Of a stretch of 64,000 nt of DNA, positions 55,644-64,000 are shown one piece after another. Location of the stretch: positions 4,832,001 through 4,896,000 of the forward strand of contig CBDFJQ010000002.1 in the NCBI GenBank assembly GCA_965248575.1, written 5' to 3'. Position 1 is the stretch's first letter; each line of letters opens with the position of its first letter. The notes under the pieces were generated by a model. It searched no databases, was not told where the DNA came from, and saw only the letters and a program-made list of their open reading frames with translations. Origin of the DNA: Planctomycetota bacterium (lineage in GTDB: Bacteria > Planctomycetota > B15-G4). A program made the position numbers and the translations under genes.

Positions 55644-58600
55644 GCCTTCTCTCCCTTGCTGATGTACTTCGACACGAAGCCCTGGAACACCCGATAGAGC
55701 ACGGGGGTCACGAGCAGAGTCATGACGGTGGCCGCGAGCATGCCGGCGAAGACCGCGGTGCCCAGGGATCGTCGCGAGCCAGCGGCCGCTCCGGCAGCCG
55801 TGACCAAGGGCACCACGCCGAGCACGAAGCTGAAAGCCGTCATGAGGATGGGGCGGAAGCGCGAGACCGCCGCCTCGACCACGGCGTCGAAGACGCTCAA
55901 GCCCTCCTCGTGTCGCTGCTTCGCGAACTCCACCACCAGGATGGCAGTCTTGGCGCCGAGCCCGATCAGGAGCACCAGGCCGATCTGGATGTAGACGTCG
56001 TTGATGTAGTCGCGCACCCACGCGCCGTACAGGGCCCCGAAGACGGCGACCGGCAGGCCCAGCAGAACGGCGAGCGGGATCACCCAGCTCTCGTAGTTGG
56101 CCGCCAGGAACAAGAAGACCAACAGGAAGCCGAGGGCGAAGATGACCACCTGCTCGCCGCCCGCCGCCTTCTCCTGAAGAGCCGTCCCCGTCCATTCGTA
56201 GCCGAACTTCTCCGGCAGGATGTCGGCTGCCAGTTCTTCCATGGTCTCAAGGGCCTGGCCCGAGCTGTAGCCCGGCGCGTTGCCGCCGCTGATCTCAGCG
56301 GTGCGGAACATGTTGTAACGCTGGATGAGGTCGGGGCCCGTGGTGGAACCGATGGTCGCCATGGTCCGGATGGGCACCATGTTGCCCGCGCTCGTGCGCA
56401 CGTAGATCTGCTTCATGTTGTCCGGGTCGACGCGAAACTCCGGCTCAGCTTGGACCATGACCTTGAAGGGCCGGCCGAAGAGCGTGATGTCGTTGACCTG
56501 CAAGCCGCCCAGGAAAATCTGCAGGGCTGCGAAGACCTGGTCGATGGGAACGCCGAGCGTCTTCGCCTTGGCGCGGTCCAGTTGGAAGTCGATCTGTGGA
56601 ACGTTGGCGCGGAACGCGCTGTACATGCCGGCCAGTTCTGGTCGCTCGCGAGCGGCATTCACGAGGTCGGAGCCCGCAGTCGCCAACTCTTCGAAAGTCG
56701 CCGTCCCACTGCGGTCCTGCAGCTCGAACTGGAACCCACCTGCCGTCCCGAGGCCGGGGATGGGGGGCGGTGCGAAGGCCAGCCCGATGGCCTCGGGGTA
56801 GGCGCCGAGCTTGGCCCGCGCTTGGGCGAGGACGCCGTCGATCTGCATCTCGGCCGTCGGGCGCTCGGCCCAGTCCGACAGCATGACCACGAAGGACGTG
56901 TTGTTGGAGGTGTACGCGTTGGTGAGCACGTTGAGGCCGCCCAGGGTGAGCACCTGCTCCACGCCGGGGATCGAGGCCAGGTCCTTCTCGGCCCGACTGG
57001 CGATGGCATCGGTGCGTTCCATCGAGGCGCCGTCGGGCAGGGTCAAGGTGGAGAAGAAGTAGCCTTGGTCCTCGTCCGGCACGAAGCCCAAGGGAAGCGT
57101 GTCGAGCAGCTGCCAGGATCCGTAGCCCATGAAGGCCAGGAACACGACGCCTACCACGACGGTGCGCACGAGGAAGCGGGTGAGCCCCGAATAGGCCTTG
57201 GTCGTGGCGTCGAGCCCGCGATTGAAGAGGCCCAGGCCCCAGCCGATGGGCCCGCGCATGGGCTTGCTCTTGCGCAGAATGAGCCGGCACAGGGCGGGCG
57301 TGAGCGACATGGCTACCACCGTCGACAGCATGACCGAGACGGAGATCGTGAGCGCGAACTGCCGGTACAGCTGGCCGGTGATGCCGCCCATGAAGGCGAC
57401 CGGCACGAACACCGCACACAGCACGAGGGAGGACGCGATGAGCACCTGGGAGACTTCCTTCATGGTGCGCTCGGTGGCCTCGGTGGGGGACAGCCCCTTC
57501 GCGAGGTAGGCCTCCACCGACTCGACCACGACAATGGCATCGTCCACCACGGTGCCGATGGCCAAGATGATGCCGAACAGCGTGAGCATGTTGATGGAGA
57601 AGCCGAGCACGCCGAAGAGCGCGAAGGTGCCCACCAAGGAGACGGGGATGGCGATCATGGGGATCAGCGTCGCCCGGAAGCTGCCCAGGAACACGAAGAC
57701 CACGATCAGCACGAGCGCCAAAGCCTCGAAGAAGGTCTGCACAACCTCCTCAATGGAGGCCGAGATGAACTTGGTGTTGTCGAGGGCGATCTCGTAGGCG
57801 AGGCCAGAGGGCATGCGTTCGCCGAGATCTGTGAGCAGCGTGCGGATACCCTCCGAGGTCTCAAGCGCATTGGCACCCGGCAGCTGGTAGATCAGCAGCA
57901 GCGTCGCGGGCTGACCGTTGTAGCGCCCGAAGGAGGTGTAGCTCTTGGCTGCCAGCTCGGTGCGCGCCACGTCCTTGACCCGCAGGATCGAGCCGTCCGA
58001 GAGGGTGCGCAGGATGATGTCCTCGAACTCCGCCACCTCTGTCAGGCGGCTCTTGGTGCTCACGGCGTACTGGAACTCGACGCCCGCCTTGGCCGGCGGT
58101 TGGCCCACCGCGCCCACCGGCAGGAGCACGTTCTGCTCCCTGACGGAATCTGCAATGTCGCCCGCGGTCAGGCCCAGCTTGGTGAGCTTGTCGGGACGCA
58201 GCCAGAGCCGCATGGAGTAGTCGCGCTGCCCGACGATCATGGTGCTGCCCACTCCCTTGGTGCGGGCGATGGGGTCCACCATGTTCAGCGATGCGTAGTT
58301 CGACAGGAAGGTGTCGTCGTAGCTGTTGTCAGGCGAGTAGAGGGCGATCGCCATGAGCATGTCTGGCGACTTCTTCTTGATCGAGATGCCGGCCGCGACG
58401 GCTTCGGGCGGCAACTTGGAGGTCGCTTTGTTGACGCGATTGTTGATGTCAACGTTGGCGAGGTCGAGGTTCGTGCCCACCTCGAAGGTGCACATGAGCA
58501 CATAACGCCCGTCACTCGAGCTCTTGCTCGTGAAGTACAGCATGTTCTCGGCGCCGTTGACTTCGGTCTCGATCGGCGCGGCGATGGACTGCTCCACCGT

Positions 58601-58765
58601 CTCGGCGTTGGCGCCGGGATAGATCACTTCCACCTCTACGGTGGGCGGCGTGATCTGCGGGTAGAGGGTGATGGGCAGCGATTGGAGCGAGAGCGCGCCC
58701 GCCAGCAAGATCACCAGCGAGATGACCATCGCGAAGACGGGTCGCCGGATGAAGAACTGTCCCAC
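55640..58765 (-). CDS. RND efflux permease (HAE1/AcrB-like)
   Basis: FFIRRPVFA; YPGANAETV; VDDAIVVVE; PDEDQG; AILVVEFA; RFRPILMT. Confidence 0.97.
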   Translation of the reverse strand: MGQFFIRRPVFAMVISLVILLAGALSLQSLPITLYPQITPPTVEVEVIYPGANAETVEQSIAAPIETEVNGAENMLYFTSKSSSDGRYVLMCTFEVGTNLDLANVDINNRVNKATSKLPPEAVAAGISIKKKSPDMLMAIALYSPDNSYDDTFLSNYASLNMVDPIARTKGVGSTMIVGQRDYSMRLWLRPDKLTKLGLTAGDIADSVREQNVLLPVGAVGQPPAKAGVEFQYAVSTKSRLTEVAEFEDIILRTLSDGSILRVKDVARTELAAKSYTSFGRYNGQPATLLLIYQLPGANALETSEGIRTLLTDLGERMPSGLAYEIALDNTKFISASIEEVVQTFFEALALVLIVVFVFLGSFRATLIPMIAIPVSLVGTFALFGVLGFSINMLTLFGIILAIGTVVDDAIVVVESVEAYLAKGLSPTEATERTMKEVSQVLIASSLVLCAVFVPVAFMGGITGQLYRQFALTISVSVMLSTVVAMSLTPALCRLILRKSKPMRGPIGWGLGLFNRGLDATTKAYSGLTRFLVRTVVVGVVFLAFMGYGSWQLLDTLPLGFVPDEDQGYFFSTLTLPDGASMERTDAIASRAEKDLASIPGVEQVLTLGGLNVLTNAYTSNNTSFVVMLSDWAERPTAEMQIDGVLAQARAKLGAYPEAIGLAFAPPPIPGLGTAGGFQFELQDRSGTATFEELATAGSDLVNAARERPELAGMYSAFRANVPQIDFQLDRAKAKTLGVPIDQVFAALQIFLGGLQVNDITLFGRPFKVMVQAEPEFRVDPDNMKQIYVRTSAGNMVPIRTMATIGSTTGPDLIQRYNMFRTAEISGGNAPGYSSGQALETMEELAADILPEKFGYEWTGTALQEKAAGGEQVVIFALGFLLVFLFLAANYESWVIPLAVLLGLPVAVFGALYGAWVRDYINDVYIQIGLVLLIGLGAKTAILVVEFAKQRHEEGLSVFDAVVEAAVSRFRPILMTAFSFVLGVVPLVTAAGAAAGSRRSLGTAVFAGMLAATVMTLLVTPVLYRVFQGFVSKYISKGEKA

Positions 58766-58766
58766 G

Positions 58767-60077
58767 TCAGTTGCCCTTCGGTTCTGAGGACGCGGGCTGA
58801 TCCATGGGTTTCACGGTCATGCCGGGGCGTGCCTTGAGCTGGCCCTCGACGATCACCCGCTCACCACCTTCCAAGCCGGACAGGACCACGAACTTGCCGT
58901 CGAAGCGCTCGGACAGCTGAACCGTCTTCAGGGCGACCTTTCCGTCGTCACCGACGACGAACACGATCTGTGAGCCTTGCTGTTCCATGACGGCGCGCTG
59001 CGGGACGAGCACCGCCTGCCTGAGCACGCCGATCGTGGCGCGGACCCGGCCGAACTGCCCGGCTCGCAGGGAGCCGGAGTGCTTCTTGTCCGTGGCAGGG
59101 TTGGGGAACTCCGCCACCAGCTGCAAGGTGCCTGTCTCCAAGGAGACGGCGCGCTCCGCCGTCACGATGCGGCCTTGGTGTTCGTAGATACTGTCGTCCG
59201 CGAGCACGAGCTCCACCGGGCGGTCTTCGTCCTCTTCAGTGGCCTTCTTCTGGAAGGCGAGGAACTCGGCTTCGCTGATGGAGAGCGTCGCCAGCATGGG
59301 GTCGATGCTGGAGACGGTGACGAGGTCCGAGTTGCCGCCGCGGCCCACCAGGTTGCCGGGGTTGATGAGCGTGCGACCGATGAGCCCGTCGATGGGGCTC
59401 GTGATGGTGCAGTAGTCGAGGTCGAGCTGGGCGATGGCGACGGAGGCTTCCGCTGCCTGGGCGAGGGCCTGGGCCTGCAGCACACCGACCTCTTCCTTGA
59501 TGCGCGAGTTCTCGAGATTGGCCTGCTGGGCATCGAGCTCCGCGCGCGCCACGCCCTCGGCGGCGACGGCCGTGTCGAGGTCCTGGCGGGGGACGGCGTC
59601 CTGCTCGGCCAGCGGGCGCAGGCGTGCGACATCCTGGATCGCCTTGCCATAGGAGGCCTCGGCTTTGGCGACAGCGGCCTCGGCTGCGCGCACCGAGACC
59701 TGCTCTTCAGCCAGCTTCAAGTCGGCGCGGGCCTTGGCCAGCCCGGCTTCCGCGGCGGCCAAGGCTGCCTCATAGGTCCGAGGGTCCAAGCGGTAGAGGA
59801 CCTGGCCCGCCGAGACGGGCTCACCCTCCATGAACTCCATCGCTTGCAGGATGGCTTCGACCCGCGCCTGGATGACCACGGTGTCCCGGGCCTCGGTGCG
59901 CGCGACGAACTCGCGCATCACCGGGACGTCGGCGCGCTCGATGGTCGCCACCAGGACGCTGGGTACTGGCCGTTGGGCGGCGGCTGCGTTCGTGGGGCTG
60001 GCCTCGTCCTCGGAGCAGGCCCCTAGGAGCAGGGCGGGCAGGAGGCAAAGGGCTCGGATGCTGCTGTTCGGATGCAT
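58767..60077 (-). CDS. RND efflux periplasmic adaptor (MFP) lipoprotein
   Basis: Lipobox LGAC; ARVEA; ITSPIDGLIG; LVPQRAV; GERVIVEG. Confidence 0.95.
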   Translation of the reverse strand: MHPNSSIRALCLLPALLLGACSEDEASPTNAAAAQRPVPSVLVATIERADVPVMREFVARTEARDTVVIQARVEAILQAMEFMEGEPVSAGQVLYRLDPRTYEAALAAAEAGLAKARADLKLAEEQVSVRAAEAAVAKAEASYGKAIQDVARLRPLAEQDAVPRQDLDTAVAAEGVARAELDAQQANLENSRIKEEVGVLQAQALAQAAEASVAIAQLDLDYCTITSPIDGLIGRTLINPGNLVGRGGNSDLVTVSSIDPMLATLSISEAEFLAFQKKATEEDEDRPVELVLADDSIYEHQGRIVTAERAVSLETGTLQLVAEFPNPATDKKHSGSLRAGQFGRVRATIGVLRQAVLVPQRAVMEQQGSQIVFVVGDDGKVALKTVQLSERFDGKFVVLSGLEGGERVIVEGQLKARPGMTVKPMDQPASSEPKGN

Positions 60078-60193
60078 GGACTCTCCTCTTTGGCGCCCAT
60101 GCTATGCGAGACTCCCCTGGCGCCCAAATGCGAGTCTGTTGATTGCTCGCGCCGTGTGCAGCACGCAGGGACAACCGGCGAGAAGGAAACCCC

Positions 60194-60874
60194 ATGAACT
60201 GGCTGAAGGTGCTGAAGTGGCCGAGTGTTCATCTGTTGGTCTCCCTGCTTGCGTTGATCTTGCTCCATCCGTTCGCGGAGCAGCTGCCGCAGCCGTGGCC
60301 GACGCGCCTGACGAGTCTGTTAACCACGGCGGTGCTGCTGGCGGCGGTCTGGTGGACTTCCGAAGCGAGGCGCCACCGGGTCGCGGCCGTGGTGTTGGTG
60401 AGCGTGCCCATCGCCGCCCTCTGGTTCCGCCAATCCCTCGGCCCCCCGGCGACCATGATCTGGGTGCTCTTCTGCATCTACGTTGCCGGGCGCCTGTTCG
60501 CGGCAGTGCTTGGCAGGCGCATCAACGTCGTGGATCGGGTGCTCGCAGCCACCTCCCTTTACCTGCTGGTGGCCATCACCTTTTCCTTCTTGCACCTGAT
60601 GGTCTACGGCATGGACCCGGAGGCCTACAGCTTCCCCGTGCCGCCCACGGGCGAGGGGGCGGGCGACATGCTGTACTTCAGCATGGTGACCATCCTGACC
60701 CTGGGCTACGGCGACATCGTCCCCGTGGCGCCCTTCGCACGGATGCTGACGGTGACAGAGGCCTTCATAGGAGCGTTCTTCATCGCCATCCTGATCGCGG
60801 GCCTGGTGTCCCAGGGAAAGGGGCCGCCTCGGCCACAGGGTGGGAGCGACGGTGGAGGCTCAGGGGAACCCTGA
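60194..60874 (+). CDS. Potassium-channel-like membrane protein (Ion_trans_2)
   Basis: LYFSMVTILTLGYGDIVP filter motif; multiple TM helices. Confidence 0.85.
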   Translation: MNWLKVLKWPSVHLLVSLLALILLHPFAEQLPQPWPTRLTSLLTTAVLLAAVWWTSEARRHRVAAVVLVSVPIAALWFRQSLGPPATMIWVLFCIYVAGRLFAAVLGRRINVVDRVLAATSLYLLVAITFSFLHLMVYGMDPEAYSFPVPPTGEGAGDMLYFSMVTILTLGYGDIVPVAPFARMLTVTEAFIGAFFIAILIAGLVSQGKGPPRPQGGSDGGGSGEP

Positions 60875-60879
60875 CAGCC

Positions 60880-61491
60880 TCATGGCTGGGCCCTGCGATA
60901 GCGTTGCCCGTCCTCCCATGCGCTTGGGTCCTTGAGCAGTTCGGTCATCAGCTCAGCCATCCCCTCCATGTCGCGGTAGACGAAGGCCGGGCCGTCACCA
61001 GAGTCCACCTCCAGCACCATGCCGGGGATGCTTCGGGCCATGAGCACCTCGTGCCGGATCGGCGCGATGACGAGTTCCTCGCCTTGCTCGCCGTCCAGAC
61101 CATGGAGCACCAAGCGCTGGAAGCGACGGGGGGAGCTGAGCTCTTCGCCCGTGCGTTGCTCCACGAGGACATTCCGGCCGTCAAAGGAATGCGCCTGCTC
61201 GATGTGATGGTCCCGACCGGGGGTGGTCCACACGAGCAGGGCGGTGATGGAGACGATGGCGTCGTCATCGCTCGTCCGGAAGGGCTCGATGAGAAGGCGT
61301 GTGTTCAGGTCGCCTCCGTGCACCAGTTCCCATTGGCCCAGGGCGCCTGAGGGGATGTCGGCAGTCGCCAAGCTACCGCAGGAGATAGGGAGGCAACCGA
61401 ACACGGCGGTGCGCGTCGCTTTGCATGCCAGACCGGTGCAGAGCGCCAGAACCAGGGAGGTGAGCAGGAGCGTCGTTCTTCGCAGCGTCAT
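60880..61491 (-). CDS. Hypothetical lipoprotein
   Basis: Lipobox GLAC; ATGA overlap with upstream ORF; no recognisable domain. Confidence 0.6.
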   Translation of the reverse strand: MTLRRTTLLLTSLVLALCTGLACKATRTAVFGCLPISCGSLATADIPSGALGQWELVHGGDLNTRLLIEPFRTSDDDAIVSITALLVWTTPGRDHHIEQAHSFDGRNVLVEQRTGEELSSPRRFQRLVLHGLDGEQGEELVIAPIRHEVLMARSIPGMVLEVDSGDGPAFVYRDMEGMAELMTELLKDPSAWEDGQRYRRAQP

Positions 61492-62803
61492 TTCGTCGTT
61501 CCGTCGTCTGGTTTGGGGCTGACGCTCACTCGGAAGTCGCCCAAGAGTTGTCGCCAGCGTGGGTCGTCGTGAAGCGTCATCAAGTCGGTGTCCTGGCTCA
61601 TGTGGTTGATGTTGGAGTATCCGGCAGCGACCGCTCTGTCCAAGGCGTCGAGTGCGGCGTCCACGTTGCCGCTCAGGGCATGGGCGCAGGCTTGGTCGTA
61701 GGAAGCAGGTGCGCGGCTTTGCGGGGCGGCCGCGGCGAGCCCAAAGAGTCGGGCCGCCTCGGTGAACTCCCCTTCGCGGTAGCGCAGGGCACCCAGTCCG
61801 TAGGAGACGCCGGCTGGCACGGGGTCCGCCTGCGCCAGTTCGTTGAAGATGGCTGTTGCCGACGCAGAGTCGCCGGCCTGAAGCGCCTTCCACCCCGCCT
61901 GGGTTGTCGGAGGCGGCGAGGCACCGTCCAAGCGCACCAAGGATGTGCGATCCCCCACGAAGCAGCCCAGGAAGAGGGTCTTCCCATCGGGTGCCGCCGT
62001 GAGCCCATTGCAGTTCTTCAGCAGTGGGGAGGTGGTTGGCCCGCGCTCCGTGGAGCCCTGTCCCTCGCGCAACACGTAGTGCAGCGCTCCACTCGACTCG
62101 ATGCGATACACCGCGCCGATCCGGAGCTGGCAAACAGCTGCCCCGCGGCCCAGTCGAGGTGGGCCCCGCCACCCATGCCGTGCGCGAGCGGGAGCGTGCT
62201 CATGCGCTCCAGCTGACCGGGGCCGGTGATGCGCTGGATGCCCGCATCCCGCCCTCCGAGCACGTAGACCACATCTGCGTCGTCGACAGCGATCCCCACC
62301 GACGCGTGCAGGGCCGGGTCCTGGGCATAGGTGCTGGTCTCACCCTGCGGGGTGATCTTCAGCACCGAGTGACCTTCGCCAGCGGGCGTCCCATAGATGG
62401 TGACGAAGAGGTTGTCGTGGCTGTCGATGGCGATGCCTGCCGGCCCCAAGGGCGTCTCGGCGAAGCGCGTCACCGTGCCATCGGGGGCGATCTTGCTGAC
62501 GAAGGTCGAGTTATAGTTCGTCACGAACAGATTGCCCTGGGAGTCCATCACCAGGTCGGTGGGCCCTTGGAAGTCTCCTTCGGCAAAGACCTCCACCTCG
62601 CCCTCGAGGGTGCTGCGGTAGACCCGGCTGCCCTTCCATGAGCCACCAAAGTAGAGGTAGCCGTCGGGCGCCAGGTGCAGGCCATCGAAGTGGAAGTCCG
62701 TGCTGCGTGGGACAACCGTCGCGGTCTGGGCATGCGAACTGGAGACGAGCGCGTTCAGCAGGCACACGCAAAGCAGGAGTGAGGTGGAGTGTCCAGGCTT
62801 CAT
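61488..62803 (-). pseudogene. Secreted NHL/SMP-30-like beta-propeller + TPR protein, split by a frameshift near 62120
   Basis: ORF 62803-62018 (signal peptide, PxDLxxDxxGNLFV repeats) continues in the frame of ORF 62111-61488 (AVYRI...NGLTAAPDGKTLF, TPR, YDQACAHAL...DTDL). Confidence 0.75.
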
Positions 62804-62988
62804 GGGTTGGCTCTCAGGCGTAGGGGAGCGAGCGAAGACGCGCCGAAGGGCACGGGAGTTCGCACGCTAGCCCTCCCGTCGGAGCGTGGAAGGCCTGTGG
62901 GGTGGTTCGGACCGTGCTGGGGTGAGTGGCGCTTTGGCTGGGGCGAGGCGGCGGACCGTAGGGCCGACTCCGGGTAGGCTGTGCAGCC

Positions 62989-64000
62989 GTGACCAGCGAA
63001 CGAATCACCCAACTGAAGCGTGCGGCGCTCGTGATCGGCATCTGGCTGGTTCCCGGCTTGCTACAATGTGTGCAAGAGGTCACCTACGCCCAGTCGCACG
63101 GTGGTGTCCCGCAGTCCACGGCGCACATCCTGTTGCACTTCCTGCCGACGTGGTTGCCTTGGGCGGCCTTCACCCCCGCGATCCTGGCTCTGTCGCGTCG
63201 CTTTCCCTTGGTGGTGGGCGAAGGCGGTCTGGCCGTGCTCCTGCCCCGCCTCCTACTGCACAGCGCTGGGGCGGTGGCGTTCGGTGGGGCGCACCTGCTC
63301 ATGATCGGACTTGTGCGCGTGAACGCGCCGCCGGGCCCTTGGGCCGACCCCGATCTCTGGGTCTGGCTGCGGGGCAGCTTGTGGAGTCTTCAGACCCAGG
63401 CAGAGGTGCTGGCCTACGCCGGCGTGCTCGTGACGGGGCACGCTCTGGTGGCCCTGCGCGCTGCGCGGGAGCGCGAGCTGCGTGCGGTGCGCCTGGAAGC
63501 CCAGCTGGCGCGCTCCCGCCTCGATGTGCTTCAGAGCCAGCTGCAGCCGCACTTCCTCTTCAACACCTTGAATGCCATCGACGTGCTCATCACCGAGGAC
63601 CCGAAACGGGCGACCACGATGCTGCTGCGGCTCAGTGATCTGTTGCGCATGACTCTCGAACGCACGGAGGCCGAACACACCCTGCGGGATGAGCTGGCTC
63701 ACCTGGAGTGCTATCTCGACATCGAGCGGGTCCGCTTCAGCGACCGGCTCGACCTGAGCGTCGAGGCGGAGCAGAGCGCCCTGGACTGCCTCGTGCCGAG
63801 CCTGGTCTTGCAACCCCTGGTGGAGAACGCGCTGAGGCATGGGCTCGCGCCCCGGGCCGAGGGTGGTCGCTTGACGGTCTCAGCTCGGTTGGAGGGGGGC
63901 GAACTCACACTCTGTGTGGAGGACGACGGTGTCGGCTTGTCGCCCGACCATCACGAGGGCCTGGGTCTGGGCAACACACGCGCACGACTCCGGGGGCTTC
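62989..64000 (+). CDS. LytS/YehU-type sensor histidine kinase (runs off window; missing from ORF track)
   Basis: Manual translation from GTG 62989: TM helices, then QLQPHFLFNTLNAI, LSDLLR, YLDIERVRFSDRL, LQPLVENALRHG, VEDDGVG, GLGLGN. Confidence 0.92.
   Translation, partial: MTSERITQLKRAALVIGIWLVPGLLQCVQEVTYAQSHGGVPQSTAHILLHFLPTWLPWAAFTPAILALSRRFPLVVGEGGLAVLLPRLLLHSAGAVAFGGAHLLMIGLVRVNAPPGPWADPDLWVWLRGSLWSLQTQAEVLAYAGVLVTGHALVALRAARERELRAVRLEAQLARSRLDVLQSQLQPHFLFNTLNAIDVLITEDPKRATTMLLRLSDLLRMTLERTEAEHTLRDELAHLECYLDIERVRFSDRLDLSVEAEQSALDCLVPSLVLQPLVENALRHGLAPRAEGGRLTVSARLEGGELTLCVEDDGVGLSPDHHEGLGLGNTRARLRGL

Noticed and set aside
54186..56195. ORF-track N-terminal extensions (669-aa OMF, 396-aa pilin, 430-aa 60880 ORF, 377-aa GNAT)
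   Set aside because: The extensions overlap neighbouring real genes and are low-complexity; signal, lipobox or prepilin motifs define later starts
55910..58837. 975-aa plus-strand ORF and other long antisense ORFs (e.g. 10626-12524, 15017-16702, 44927-46585)
   Set aside because: They mirror well-supported genes on the opposite strand; stop-free antisense frames are expected with high GC3 codon bias; no motifs

Overview
High-GC bacterial chromosomal segment with about 60 CDS. It is probably from a Planctomycetota genome (inference from five ECF sigma factors, two ECF + Ser/Thr-kinase pairs, a sulfatase and many secreted beta-propeller/beta-helix proteins). I saw no rRNA, tRNA, CRISPR array or transposase. 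Recognisable loci: pdxH, TetR, aldo/keto reductase, SNF2/SMARCAL1-like helicase, MBOAT + SGNH O-acylation pair, DUF72, hybrid histidine kinase, pqiA-pqiA-pqiB, an RND efflux operon, GH26, GNATs, a K+-channel-like protein and a LytS-type kinase. Most notable observations: (1) an orphan secretin-motif protein built around two ungapped 148-aa helical repeats, one of which splits the secretin domain; (2) a shared ~105-120-aa C-terminal module on two unrelated secreted proteins, a candidate sorting/anchoring domain; (3) a Tat-exported PCO/ADO-like thiol dioxygenase, an atypical ECF sigma and a JmjC hydroxylase in one co-oriented block; (4) an ECF-linked kinase ending in a Ser-less pseudo-esterase, and another with an inverted TM-sensor-TM-kinase layout; (5) a sulfotransferase-like gene coupled to a sialidase-sulfatase fusion; (6) repeated leaderless-type promoters; (7) decay or assembly scars (a response regulator/kinase deletion chimera, a frameshift, an apparent ATC start). 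All family assignments come from reading motifs by eye, not from database searches.
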